Shown here: piece after piece, positions 56,024-64,000 of the stretch
Position numbering within the stretch: position 1 is the stretch's first letter
How the letters are laid out: each line of letters begins with the position of its first letter
Assembly (NCBI GenBank): GCA_963511795.1
Contig: CAUPKP010000013.1
Span: 9,279-73,278, forward strand
Origin: an uncultured Flavobacterium sp.
GTDB lineage: Bacteria; Bacteroidota; Bacteroidia; Flavobacteriales; Flavobacteriaceae
Direction of reading: 5' to 3'
DNA: 64,000 bases
The notes under the pieces: model-generated
What the model was told of the DNA's origin: nothing
The model's input: only the letters and a program-made list of their open reading frames with translations
Database searches by the model: none
Program-made: the position numbers and the translations under genes

Positions 56024-57253
56024 ATGAATACAACTGTCCGCATTAAATTATCTGTAATGATGTTTCTGGAATTTTTTATCTGGGGAGCATGGTTTGTTAC
56101 CCTAGGAACTTTTCTTGGAAACAATTTAAAAGCTTCCGGTTCAGAGACGGCAGCAATTTTTTCGACTCAATCTTGGGGAGCTATCATTGCACCTTTTGTT
56201 ATTGGTTTGATTGCAGATCGTTATTTTAATGCTGAGAAAATTTTAGGAATTTTACATTTGGCAGGTGCTTTTTTGATGTATCAAATGTATCAGTCGGAAG
56301 ATGTTGGTGTGTTTTATGCCTATGTTTTGAGTTATATGATTTTGTATATGCCAACATTGGCTTTGGTGAACTCTGTGGCATTCAATCAAATGAAAGATGC
56401 CGAGAAAGAATTTGCTAATATTAGAGTTTGGGGTACTATTGGCTGGATTTTAGCAGGATTATCGATTAGCTTCCTGTTTCATTGGGATTCTGCGGAAGCT
56501 GTTTCTAACGGATTACTTAAAAACACCTTTCTTTTGGCTGGAATTGCAGCTTTGGTTTTAGGTTTATTTAGTTTTACATTGCCGAAAACACCGCCTAAAG
56601 TTAGCGAGGGGAAAATTAAAATTGGCGATATAATTGGACTAGATGCTTTGAAGCTTTTAAACGATAAAAATTTCCTGATCTTTTTCATTTCATCGATTTT
56701 AATCTGTATTCCATTGGCGTTTTATTATCAAAATGCACATCCCTTTTTAACTGCCGCTGGTGTAGAAAACCCAACTGGAAAAATGGCAATAGGTCAAATA
56801 TCCGAAGCATTATTTTTATTATTAATTCCTGTGTTTTTTACCCGTTTTGGATTCAAGAAAACAATTCTGATCGGGATGATTGCCTGGGCAGTTCGTTACG
56901 TTTTATTTGCGTATGGCAATGGTGATGATTTAAGTTTTATGCTTATTCTGGGAATCGCTTTGCATGGAATATGTTATGATTTCTTTTTTGTTTCTGGACA
57001 AATATATACCAATTCAAAAGCCGGTGAGAAATACAAAAGCGCTGCTCAAGGTTTGATAACACTGGCTACTTATGGTATCGGAATGCTGATTGGTTTTGCA
57101 GTTGCAGGCTGGATTACGGATAATTATAAAACAGTTGAAGGGACAACTAACTGGCAAATGGTTTGGATAATTCCTGCGGGAATTGCTTTTGCAGTATTTT
57201 TGATTTTTGCTCTTCTATTTCAGGATAAAGACAATGTACAAAACGAAATTTAA
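56024..57253 (+). CDS. Nucleoside:H+ symporter-like MFS permease (NupG/XapB family)
   Basis: MMFLEFFIWGAW, IRVWGTIGW, GQISE, LHGICYDFFFV. Confidence 0.9.
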   Translation: MNTTVRIKLSVMMFLEFFIWGAWFVTLGTFLGNNLKASGSETAAIFSTQSWGAIIAPFVIGLIADRYFNAEKILGILHLAGAFLMYQMYQSEDVGVFYAYVLSYMILYMPTLALVNSVAFNQMKDAEKEFANIRVWGTIGWILAGLSISFLFHWDSAEAVSNGLLKNTFLLAGIAALVLGLFSFTLPKTPPKVSEGKIKIGDIIGLDALKLLNDKNFLIFFISSILICIPLAFYYQNAHPFLTAAGVENPTGKMAIGQISEALFLLLIPVFFTRFGFKKTILIGMIAWAVRYVLFAYGNGDDLSFMLILGIALHGICYDFFFVSGQIYTNSKAGEKYKSAAQGLITLATYGIGMLIGFAVAGWITDNYKTVEGTTNWQMVWIIPAGIAFAVFLIFALLFQDKDNVQNEI

Positions 57254-57273
57254 GAATTTAAACGCAGAAAAAA

Positions 57274-58167
57274 ATGAGTGCCTCTTTTGACAGAAGAACC
57301 GCTATAAAAGGAATTCTTGCAGGGACTGTATCTTTAGGTATTCCAGCAGGTTTATCTACTTTTGCTAATCATAAGGAAGAATTAAAATTGGAATCCAATA
57401 TGCTGAAAGGAAGAATTAACCATTCAGTAGCCCGCTGGTGCTTCAATGATTTTGACATAGAAACGCTTTGTCAGGAAGCCAAGAAAATTGGAATTACAGG
57501 AATTGATTTGGTAGGTCCAAAAGACTGGCCAATACTGAAAAAACACAATCTTGTTTCCACTATGTGCAATGGTGCCGAATTAAATTTAGTCGATGGTTTT
57601 AATGATGTCAAATTTCACGATCAGCTGATTAAAAATTATACCGAAATGATTCCATTAGTTGCTGAAGCTGGCTACAAAAACTTAATTTGCTTTAGCGGTA
57701 ACCGAAGAGGAAAAACGGATGAAGAAGGATGGAATAATTGTGCACTTGGATTGAAAAAATTAATTCCATTAGCCGAAAAGCATCAGGTGACTTTGGTTAT
57801 GGAACTGCTGAACAGCAAGATTAATCATAAAGACTATCAATGTGATAAAACATATTGGGGAGTAGAATTGGCAAAACGAATTAATTCGGAAAATTTCAAA
57901 CTGCTCTATGATATTTACCACATGCAGATTGATGAAGGTGATGTAATCCGGACTATAACAGAGAATTGCAAGTACATTGCACATTACCACACTGGCGGAG
58001 TTCCAGGGCGCAACGAAATTGATGAAACGCAGGAACTCAATTACAGTGCCATAATGAAAGTTATTGCCGAAACTGGATTTACTGGTTTTGTAGGTCAGGA
58101 GTTTATTCCTAAACAGAAAGATAAAATGGCCTCTTTGAAAAAGGCTATAGATATTTGTGATATTTAA
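57274..58167 (+). CDS. Hydroxypyruvate-isomerase-like TIM-barrel protein, probable Tat substrate
   Basis: FDRRTAIK, MELLNS..H.DY, YDIYHMQ..EG, HYHTGGVPGR.E, GQEF.P. Confidence 0.85.
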   Translation: MSASFDRRTAIKGILAGTVSLGIPAGLSTFANHKEELKLESNMLKGRINHSVARWCFNDFDIETLCQEAKKIGITGIDLVGPKDWPILKKHNLVSTMCNGAELNLVDGFNDVKFHDQLIKNYTEMIPLVAEAGYKNLICFSGNRRGKTDEEGWNNCALGLKKLIPLAEKHQVTLVMELLNSKINHKDYQCDKTYWGVELAKRINSENFKLLYDIYHMQIDEGDVIRTITENCKYIAHYHTGGVPGRNEIDETQELNYSAIMKVIAETGFTGFVGQEFIPKQKDKMASLKKAIDICDI

Positions 58168-58188
58168 TTTAAAAAAAAAATAAAAACC

Positions 58189-59061
58189 ATGATAAAGAGA
58201 AGAGATTTTATAATTAACAGCGGTTTGGTTTTAGGCGCATTGGCAATTGCTCCTTCCCTAGCCTTTTCAAGTAAATCAAAAAATATTGGCCTCCAATTAT
58301 ATACTTTGAGAGAGACATTTTCTAAAGATGTAAAAGGAGTTTTAGAACATGTGTCTAAGTCTGGATACAAGGAAGTCGAAACTTACGGCTTCTCCAGCGA
58401 AAAAGGATTTTTTGGCACTTCTCCAAAAGATTTCAAAAAAATACTTTCAGATAACGGATTAAAAGCTCCAAGCGGACATTATGATTTTAAATCGCTGATA
58501 AAAGATAATAATACCGATTTTCTGAAAGCATCTATTGAATGTGCTAATGTATTAGGCAGTGAATATGTGGTTGTCCCTTGGCTGGAAGAAAGTTTAAGAA
58601 GCAATTTAGACGATTACAAACGAATTGCGCAAAGAATAAATGAGGCGGCAGTTTTATGTAAACAGTCAGGTTTAAAATTAGCCTATCACAATCATGATTT
58701 TGAATTTACCAAGTATGGAAATCAAACAGGATATGATGTCTTATTACACGAAACTGATAAAAAATTAGTTGATTTTGAATTGGATTTGTATTGGGCTGTC
58801 CGTTCAGGAAACGATCCTTTGCAGTTGTTCAAGGCTAATCCGGGGCGTTTTACAATGTGGCATGTGAAAGATATGGATAAATCCAAAGCGGACTGGAATA
58901 CCGAAATTGGAGAAGGAAGTATCAACTTCAAAACCATTTTTGCCGAAGCTAAACTTTCAGGAATGAAGCACTTTTTTGTAGAACAGGAAACTAATTATTC
59001 TCCAAATCCAACTGATTCAATTAAAACGAGTTGGGATTACGTATCGAAACAGTTAATTTAA
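58189..59061 (+). CDS. Xylose-isomerase-like TIM-barrel protein, probable Tat substrate
   Basis: IKRRDFII, GLQLYTLR, AYHNHDFEF, ELDLYW, HVKD, FVEQE. Confidence 0.88.
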   Translation: MIKRRDFIINSGLVLGALAIAPSLAFSSKSKNIGLQLYTLRETFSKDVKGVLEHVSKSGYKEVETYGFSSEKGFFGTSPKDFKKILSDNGLKAPSGHYDFKSLIKDNNTDFLKASIECANVLGSEYVVVPWLEESLRSNLDDYKRIAQRINEAAVLCKQSGLKLAYHNHDFEFTKYGNQTGYDVLLHETDKKLVDFELDLYWAVRSGNDPLQLFKANPGRFTMWHVKDMDKSKADWNTEIGEGSINFKTIFAEAKLSGMKHFFVEQETNYSPNPTDSIKTSWDYVSKQLI

Positions 59062-59114
59062 TTCTGGTAGTTAATTTAATTCCTAGATAATAAGATTTAT
59101 TTAAAGTAATTATT

Positions 59115-59150
59115 ATACAAAAAGACCTGCAATTGCAGGTCTTTTTGTAT
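59115..59150. terminator. Bidirectional terminator (perfect 36-bp palindrome)
   Basis: ATACAAAAAGACCTGCAATTGCAGGTCTTTTTGTAT between convergent genes. Confidence 0.9.
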
Positions 59151-59168
59151 TCAGAAAATAGAGTGTTT

Positions 59169-60821
59169 TTAATTTACATTCTTAGAAAGAACATAAAAGT
59201 TTTTATCCAATTCTACTTTTTCAATTTTGATTGAATTGTCTAATTCAGTCCAATCTGATTTTGGTTTCAAGTTAACTTCAGTTCCGTTTATAGAAACTTT
59301 TACCGGCATGTCAAACCCGGAAACGGTATTTGTCCAACGGTATTTCAAAGTATTTTCCTTAAAAGAGTATTCTAGTGTCGGAATGCGGGTGTCTCTCAAG
59401 TATTGATTGAAGATTTTACTTAAATCCAATCCAACTTGATTACTCATATAATCTTCAATTTGTTTTGTTGTAACGGTTTGGTGGTAGAAAGTGCTGTTTA
59501 GACCTCTTAAAATCGATTTCCATTTGACATCATCATTCAAAATCTGACGGATTGTGTGAAGCATATTGGCTCCTTTTGGATACATATCCCCTGATCCTTC
59601 ATTATTCACATCATATTTTCCTACTATCGGAATATCGTTTTGAATGTTTCTTCTGCATCCTATTACATATTCTGCACCGGCTTCTTTTCCATAATAGTAT
59701 TCAACAAAAAGACTCTCAGAATAGTTAGTAAAACTCTCATGAATCCACATGTCAGCAATATCTTTATAGGTAATATTATTGGCAAACCATTCATGTCCTG
59801 ATTCATGAATAATAATAAAATCGAATTTCAATCCCCAGCCTGTCCCGCTTAAATCGTGACCTAAATAACCGTTTTTATATCCATTTCCATAAGTTACGCT
59901 GCTTTGGTGTTCCATTCCTAGATATGGCGCTTCTACCAATTTGTAGCTGTCTTCATAAAACGGATAAGGACCAAACCAGTTTTCTAAAGCTTTTAGCATT
60001 CTTGGAACATCTTTGAATTGTTCTTTGGCGATAGCCAAATTATCTCTTAAAACATAATAATTGCAGTCTAAATCGCCTTTCTCTCCTTTGTATTTCTCTG
60101 AGAAATTAACATAATCACCAATATTAATATTCACTCCATAATTATTAATTGGGTTCGAAACATACCAATTAAAGGTTCTAGTACCGTCTTTTTTCTTTTC
60201 AATGCTTTGCAGTCTGCCGTTAGAGACATTAGTCAAATCACCAGGAACATTTACGCTGATCAGCATGTTTTCGACTTCATCATACATGTGATCCTTGTTT
60301 GGCCACCAAACACTTGCGCCAAGACCTTGACAAGATGATGCTATAAAATCTTTTCCGTTTTTATCTTTTTTCCAAGTAATTCCTCCATCCCAAGGCGGTT
60401 TAATGGCCTCTTTAGGCTTTCCTCCGAAAGAGATTACTATTTCATTCGTTTCTCCCACTTTTTGAGCAGCAGATAATTCAATAAAAAATGCATTTCCTTC
60501 TCTTACAAATTTCTGTTCTTTACCTCCTTGCGTCACTTTGTAAAACTGCATAGGTTCCTGCAGATCAATCTGCATTCTATTAGATTGAGACAAAACTGTA
60601 TAACGAACTGTGTTCGAACCTACAATCGTTTTTTCGGCTGGGTTTACCTTAATATCTAAATGATAATATTTTAAATCCCACCAAACTCTTTCTTTTGTAA
60701 TGCTTCCGCGCAAAGTGTCCTGATGCGTAAAAACCGTTTGAGACTTGTCGAGAAGTCCTTGTGCTTTAATTCCATTAGAAACTAAAAATAGGAGAAGTAA
60801 TAGATTGCAGTACTGTTTCAT
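59169..60821 (-). CDS. Secreted M1 family zinc aminopeptidase
   Basis: Signal peptide, GMEH, HESGH-x18-E, GDMYPKG. Confidence 0.92.
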   Translation of the reverse strand: MKQYCNLLLLLFLVSNGIKAQGLLDKSQTVFTHQDTLRGSITKERVWWDLKYYHLDIKVNPAEKTIVGSNTVRYTVLSQSNRMQIDLQEPMQFYKVTQGGKEQKFVREGNAFFIELSAAQKVGETNEIVISFGGKPKEAIKPPWDGGITWKKDKNGKDFIASSCQGLGASVWWPNKDHMYDEVENMLISVNVPGDLTNVSNGRLQSIEKKKDGTRTFNWYVSNPINNYGVNINIGDYVNFSEKYKGEKGDLDCNYYVLRDNLAIAKEQFKDVPRMLKALENWFGPYPFYEDSYKLVEAPYLGMEHQSSVTYGNGYKNGYLGHDLSGTGWGLKFDFIIIHESGHEWFANNITYKDIADMWIHESFTNYSESLFVEYYYGKEAGAEYVIGCRRNIQNDIPIVGKYDVNNEGSGDMYPKGANMLHTIRQILNDDVKWKSILRGLNSTFYHQTVTTKQIEDYMSNQVGLDLSKIFNQYLRDTRIPTLEYSFKENTLKYRWTNTVSGFDMPVKVSINGTEVNLKPKSDWTELDNSIKIEKVELDKNFYVLSKNVN

Positions 60822-60996
60822 GTATTTGATAATTTTATAACAAAACTACACACTTTCTTTTGTTTTTTTAAATAAAAAAAGACCCAATAGCAATTAATTT
60901 ACTGTTAGGTCTTTTGAATATTATAATTGTTATATAAAAAAATAAAGATGAGTTTTCAATTCATAGGTTGTGTTTGAAAACTAAACGAAAACTATT

Positions 60997-61596
60997 TTAT
61001 TTCTGACGGCTTTTCAAAACATTAACCACATCATTCAGCAGAAAACCTTTAGCCTGCAGTAAAATCAGGTAATGAAAAAGTAAATCAGCACTTTCGCTCA
61101 AGAATAAATCATCGTTATCATCTTTGGCTTCAATTACGACTTCAATCGCTTCTTCTCCTACTTTTTGAGCAATTTTGTTAATACCTAATTTGAATAAAGA
61201 TGCCACATAGCTTTTTTCAGAATCGGCATTCTCTCTACGGGTTTTTATGGTTTCCTCTAATTTAGAAATAAAACCATAAGAAGAATCATTAGGTGTTTGC
61301 CAGCAAGTATCAGCTCCTGTATGACAAGTCGGTCCAACAGGTTTTGCTTGTATCAAAAGTGAATCTTCATCACAATCATTCTTGATGCCAACCAAATTTA
61401 AAAAGTTACCGCTTTCTTCTCCTTTTGTCCAAAGCCTTTGCTTCGAACGGCTGTAAAAAGTTACTTTTCCTGTTTCAACTGTTTTTTGATAAGCTTCTTT
61501 GTTCATATAGCCTAGCATCAAAACATTTTTAGTTTCGCTATCTTGAATGATGGCCGGAATTAATCCGTGTGCCAATCTTGAAAAATCTATTTCCAT
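60997..61596 (-). CDS. hisIE: Bifunctional phosphoribosyl-AMP cyclohydrolase / phosphoribosyl-ATP pyrophosphatase
   Basis: SRSK.RLW.KGE.SG, DCD.D, CHTG...C, KVGEEA.E, ADLLFH. Confidence 0.97.
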   Translation of the reverse strand: MEIDFSRLAHGLIPAIIQDSETKNVLMLGYMNKEAYQKTVETGKVTFYSRSKQRLWTKGEESGNFLNLVGIKNDCDEDSLLIQAKPVGPTCHTGADTCWQTPNDSSYGFISKLEETIKTRRENADSEKSYVASLFKLGINKIAQKVGEEAIEVVIEAKDDNDDLFLSESADLLFHYLILLQAKGFLLNDVVNVLKSRQK

Positions 61597-61640
61597 TTTT
61601 TTAAGTCTAAAGTTGTAAAGCCGAATGTCTTAAAGTAAAA

Positions 61641-62396
61641 CTAAATCCGAACTTCAATATGGTTATTTTTTAATTCTTTTTTCAAGGCTTTAATTTCGAT
61701 TTCCTTGAAATGAAATACGCTTGCTGCCAAAGCCGCATCTGATTTTCCTTTTACAAAGGTATCCACAAAATGCTGTATATTTCCCGCTCCACCAGAAGCA
61801 ATAATTGGAATATTTACTAATTCCGACAGTTTAGCCAAAGCTTCATTTGCAAAACCGTTTTTGGTTCCGTCGTGGTTCATTGAAGTAAAAAGGATTTCTC
61901 CAGCTCCTCTTCGCTCTACTTCTTGTGCCCAATCAAATAATCTGATTTCGGTTGGAACTTTTCCTCCTACCAAATGCACAATCCATTCGCCGTCAATCTG
62001 CTTAGCATCAATAGCAACAACCACACATTGGCTTCCAAATTTTTGTGCCAAATTATTTATCAACTGCGGATTTTTTACTGCCGATGAATTGATAGAGACT
62101 TTATCTGCCCCGTTTTGAAGCAAAACTTCTACGTCTTCCACAGCTGAAATTCCACCTCCAACGGTAAACGGAATATTAATCGTCGAAGCTACTTTTCGAA
62201 CCAAATCAACTAAAGTTCTTCTTCTTTCTTCCGTTGCCGAAATATCAAGAAAAACCAGTTCGTCAGCTCCTTCATCCGAGTAGATTTTGGCCAATTCGAC
62301 AGGATCTCCGGCATCACGCAAATCTACGAAATTAACGCCTTTTACGGTTCTACCGTTTTTGATGTCCAGACAGGGTATTATTCTTTTTGTAAGCAT
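61641..62396 (-). CDS. hisF: Imidazole glycerol phosphate synthase cyclase subunit
   Basis: [35 protein letters not shown]. Confidence 0.98.
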   Translation of the reverse strand: MLTKRIIPCLDIKNGRTVKGVNFVDLRDAGDPVELAKIYSDEGADELVFLDISATEERRRTLVDLVRKVASTINIPFTVGGGISAVEDVEVLLQNGADKVSINSSAVKNPQLINNLAQKFGSQCVVVAIDAKQIDGEWIVHLVGGKVPTEIRLFDWAQEVERRGAGEILFTSMNHDGTKNGFANEALAKLSELVNIPIIASGGAGNIQHFVDTFVKGKSDAALAASVFHFKEIEIKALKKELKNNHIEVRI

Positions 62397-62409
62397 CTTT
62401 ATATTGTTA

Positions 62410-62495
62410 TTACACAGAGATTCGCAAAAGTTTCACAGAGATACACAAAATTCTTTAGCGAATCTTTTTGTCTTCTTTGTGGGTCTTTGTGAAAT
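62410..62495. repeat. Palindromic CACA(G/A)AG array element with about 10-nt period
   Basis: CACAGAG/CGCAAAA/CACAGAG/CACAAAA at 62413-62450, followed by inverted CTTTAGCG/CTTTTTG/CTTTGTG/CTTTGTG. Confidence 0.7.
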
Positions 62496-62498
62496 AAT

Positions 62499-63221
62499 CT
62501 ATCGTATTATAAATTCTTCTAATTGTTTCAAAGAAATTCGTCCTTCGTATATCGCTTTTCCGATAATCGTTCCTTCACAGCCCAATTCGGCTAATTTAGG
62601 CAATTCATCAAATGTAGAAATTCCTCCTGATGCGATTAATTTTATTCCTTTGGCTTCTGATAAAATTTTAGCATACAAATCAAAACTTGGTCCTTCTAAC
62701 ATTCCGTCTTTGGCAATATCGGTGCAAATTACGTACTGAATTCCTTTGTTCTGATAATCCTGGATAAATGGTACCAAATCTTCATCAGAATCTTCCAACC
62801 AGCCCGAAACAGCTACTTTTTCATTATTGGCATCCGCTCCCAAAATGATTTTATCCGAACCGTATTCTGCAATCCACTTTTCGAAAATAGCTCTGTTTTT
62901 TACGGCAATACTTCCACCTGTAATTTGGTTAGCACCACTTTCAAAAGCTATTTTCAAATCAGAATCAGCTTTTAAACCACCACCAAAATCAATTTTTAAT
63001 TTGGTTTGTGAAGCGATTTGTTCCAATATTTTATAATTGACGATTTTGCTTGATTTAGCACCGTCCAAATCCACCAAATGCAAATATTCGATTCCATGCG
63101 CTTCGAATGATTTTGCTACTTCGAGCGGGTTTTCGTTGTATATGATTTTGGTATTGTAATCGCCTTTCGATAAGCGAACACATTTTCCTTCTATGATGTC
63201 TATTGCAGGTATTATTCTCAT
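62499..63221 (-). CDS. hisA: ProFAR isomerase
   Basis: [35 protein letters not shown]; start at 63221 (the ATG at 63233 lies inside a repeat). Confidence 0.97.
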   Translation of the reverse strand: MRIIPAIDIIEGKCVRLSKGDYNTKIIYNENPLEVAKSFEAHGIEYLHLVDLDGAKSSKIVNYKILEQIASQTKLKIDFGGGLKADSDLKIAFESGANQITGGSIAVKNRAIFEKWIAEYGSDKIILGADANNEKVAVSGWLEDSDEDLVPFIQDYQNKGIQYVICTDIAKDGMLEGPSFDLYAKILSEAKGIKLIASGGISTFDELPKLAELGCEGTIIGKAIYEGRISLKQLEEFIIR

Positions 63222-63228
63222 TCTATTT

Positions 63229-63256
63229 GTCATTGCGAGGAACGAAGCAATCTCAT
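63229..63256 (+). repeat. Half REP-like element related to the 39280 inverted repeat
   Basis: TGTCATTGCGAGGAACGAAGCAATCTC versus TGTCATTTCGACGGAGGAGAAATCTC. Confidence 0.65.
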
Positions 63257-63294
63257 TCCATTAGTTTTTAAATATTGATTTTTGCCATTGAAAT

Positions 63295-63924
63295 TTATAA
63301 CTTCAAAAAGTTTCCAAGGATTTTCTCCCCAACATCACCACTTTTTTCAGGGTGAAATTGAGTTCCGTAGAAATTATTATTTTCTAAAGCAGAGGAATAT
63401 TCCAGCTCATATTCGGTAGTAGCGATAGTTTCTTTGCAGATAGGCGCATAGAAGCTATGAACCAAATACATATACTCGTTCTCGGCAATTCCTTTGAATA
63501 AATCTGATTTAAGATTGTAAATGTTGTTCCAGCCCATTTGTGGTACTTTTACTTTTGAAGTGAATTTAACCACATCAACATCAAAAATACCCAATCCCTC
63601 AGTATTTCCTTCCTCTGATGAATTACACATCAACTGCATGCCCAGACAAATTCCGAATACGGGTTGTTTCAATGTAGGAATCAAAGTATCCAAACCGCTT
63701 TCTTTAAGCATTTTCATTGCATAACTTGCTTCTCCAACTCCAGGAAAAATCACTTTATCAGCAGACTTTATTTCTTCTGGATTATTGCTCAAAACTGCTT
63801 TGTATCCCAATCTTTCGATAGCAAACATAATGCTTTGAATGTTTCCTGCTCCGTAATTTATGATTACAAGCCCCCCAGCCCCCGAAGGGGGAGTTGATGT
63901 AGTTTGTGTTTTATTTTGATTCAT
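63295..63924 (-). CDS. hisH: Imidazole glycerol phosphate synthase glutaminase subunit with REP-derived N-terminal extension
   Basis: YGAGN, IFPGVG, GICLGMQ, VHS, QFHPEKS; N-terminus MNQNKTQTTSTPPSGAGGL precedes VIINYG. Confidence 0.95.
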   Translation of the reverse strand: MNQNKTQTTSTPPSGAGGLVIINYGAGNIQSIMFAIERLGYKAVLSNNPEEIKSADKVIFPGVGEASYAMKMLKESGLDTLIPTLKQPVFGICLGMQLMCNSSEEGNTEGLGIFDVDVVKFTSKVKVPQMGWNNIYNLKSDLFKGIAENEYMYLVHSFYAPICKETIATTEYELEYSSALENNNFYGTQFHPEKSGDVGEKILGNFLKL

Positions 63925-63981
63925 AAATATATTATTCTATTAAGACAGATTAGTTATTCCCCCTTCGGGGGTTAGGGGGCT
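63869..63981. repeat. Inverted pair of C-rich REP-like palindromes (REPIN-like)
   Basis: AGCCCCCCAGCCCCCGAAGGGGGAGT (63869-63894) and the reverse complement AGCCCCCTAACCCCCGAAGGGGGAAT (63956-63981). Confidence 0.85.
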
Positions 63982-64000
63982 ACAACATCCCTTTCGTACT
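63980..64000 (-). CDS. hisB: Probable C-terminal end of HisB (truncated by window)
   Basis: Reads STKGML*, matching the PSTKG.L C-terminus of IGP dehydratases; position directly upstream of hisH. Confidence 0.75.
   Translation of the reverse strand, partial: STKGML

Noticed and set aside
893-63897. Many 60-150 aa ORFs in the track that overlap real genes (e.g. 893-1216, 18252-18665, 28677-28871, 49318-49707, 62287-62739)
   Set aside because: They are antisense or alternate-frame shadows of well-supported genes, with no motifs or independent start context
1-64000. rRNA, tRNA, IS transposase, integrase or prophage genes
   Set aside because: No cloverleaf or rRNA-like sequence and no DDE, HUH, tyrosine-recombinase or phage structural ORFs were recognised

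Overview
AT-rich chromosomal window, most likely Flavobacterium (Bacteroidota), judged from gene content, TAnnTTTG promoters and the intergenic repeat families. It is mostly core or semi-core metabolism: end of sucD, msrB, a glycogen cluster (glgA-glgC-glgE-maltokinase-glgB), menB/menA/menC, satP, dnaX, ndh, two SF2 helicases, MscS, an M1 peptidase and his(B)HAF-IE. I found no rRNA, tRNA, CRISPR array, IS transposase, integrase or prophage. The most notable observations are: (1) a 7-gene type III PKS cluster with its own KAS, dehydratase, ACP, PPTase, methyltransferase and flavoprotein, product unknown; (2) dnaX split by an in-frame A10/A_AAA_AAG site so that tau needs a -1 shift; (3) a REP-like palindrome apparently translated as the N-terminus of HisH; (4) an AT-rich islet encoding an RNxxxH (HEPN-like) protein plus a small 2-TM protein; (5) a 10-gene 3-keto-glycoside-type catabolic locus; (6) a DUF294 nucleotidyltransferase next to an apparently dead exonuclease; (7) several intergenic repeat families, including a four-copy structured element with compensatory base changes. 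All functional calls come from motif recognition by eye, not from database searches.
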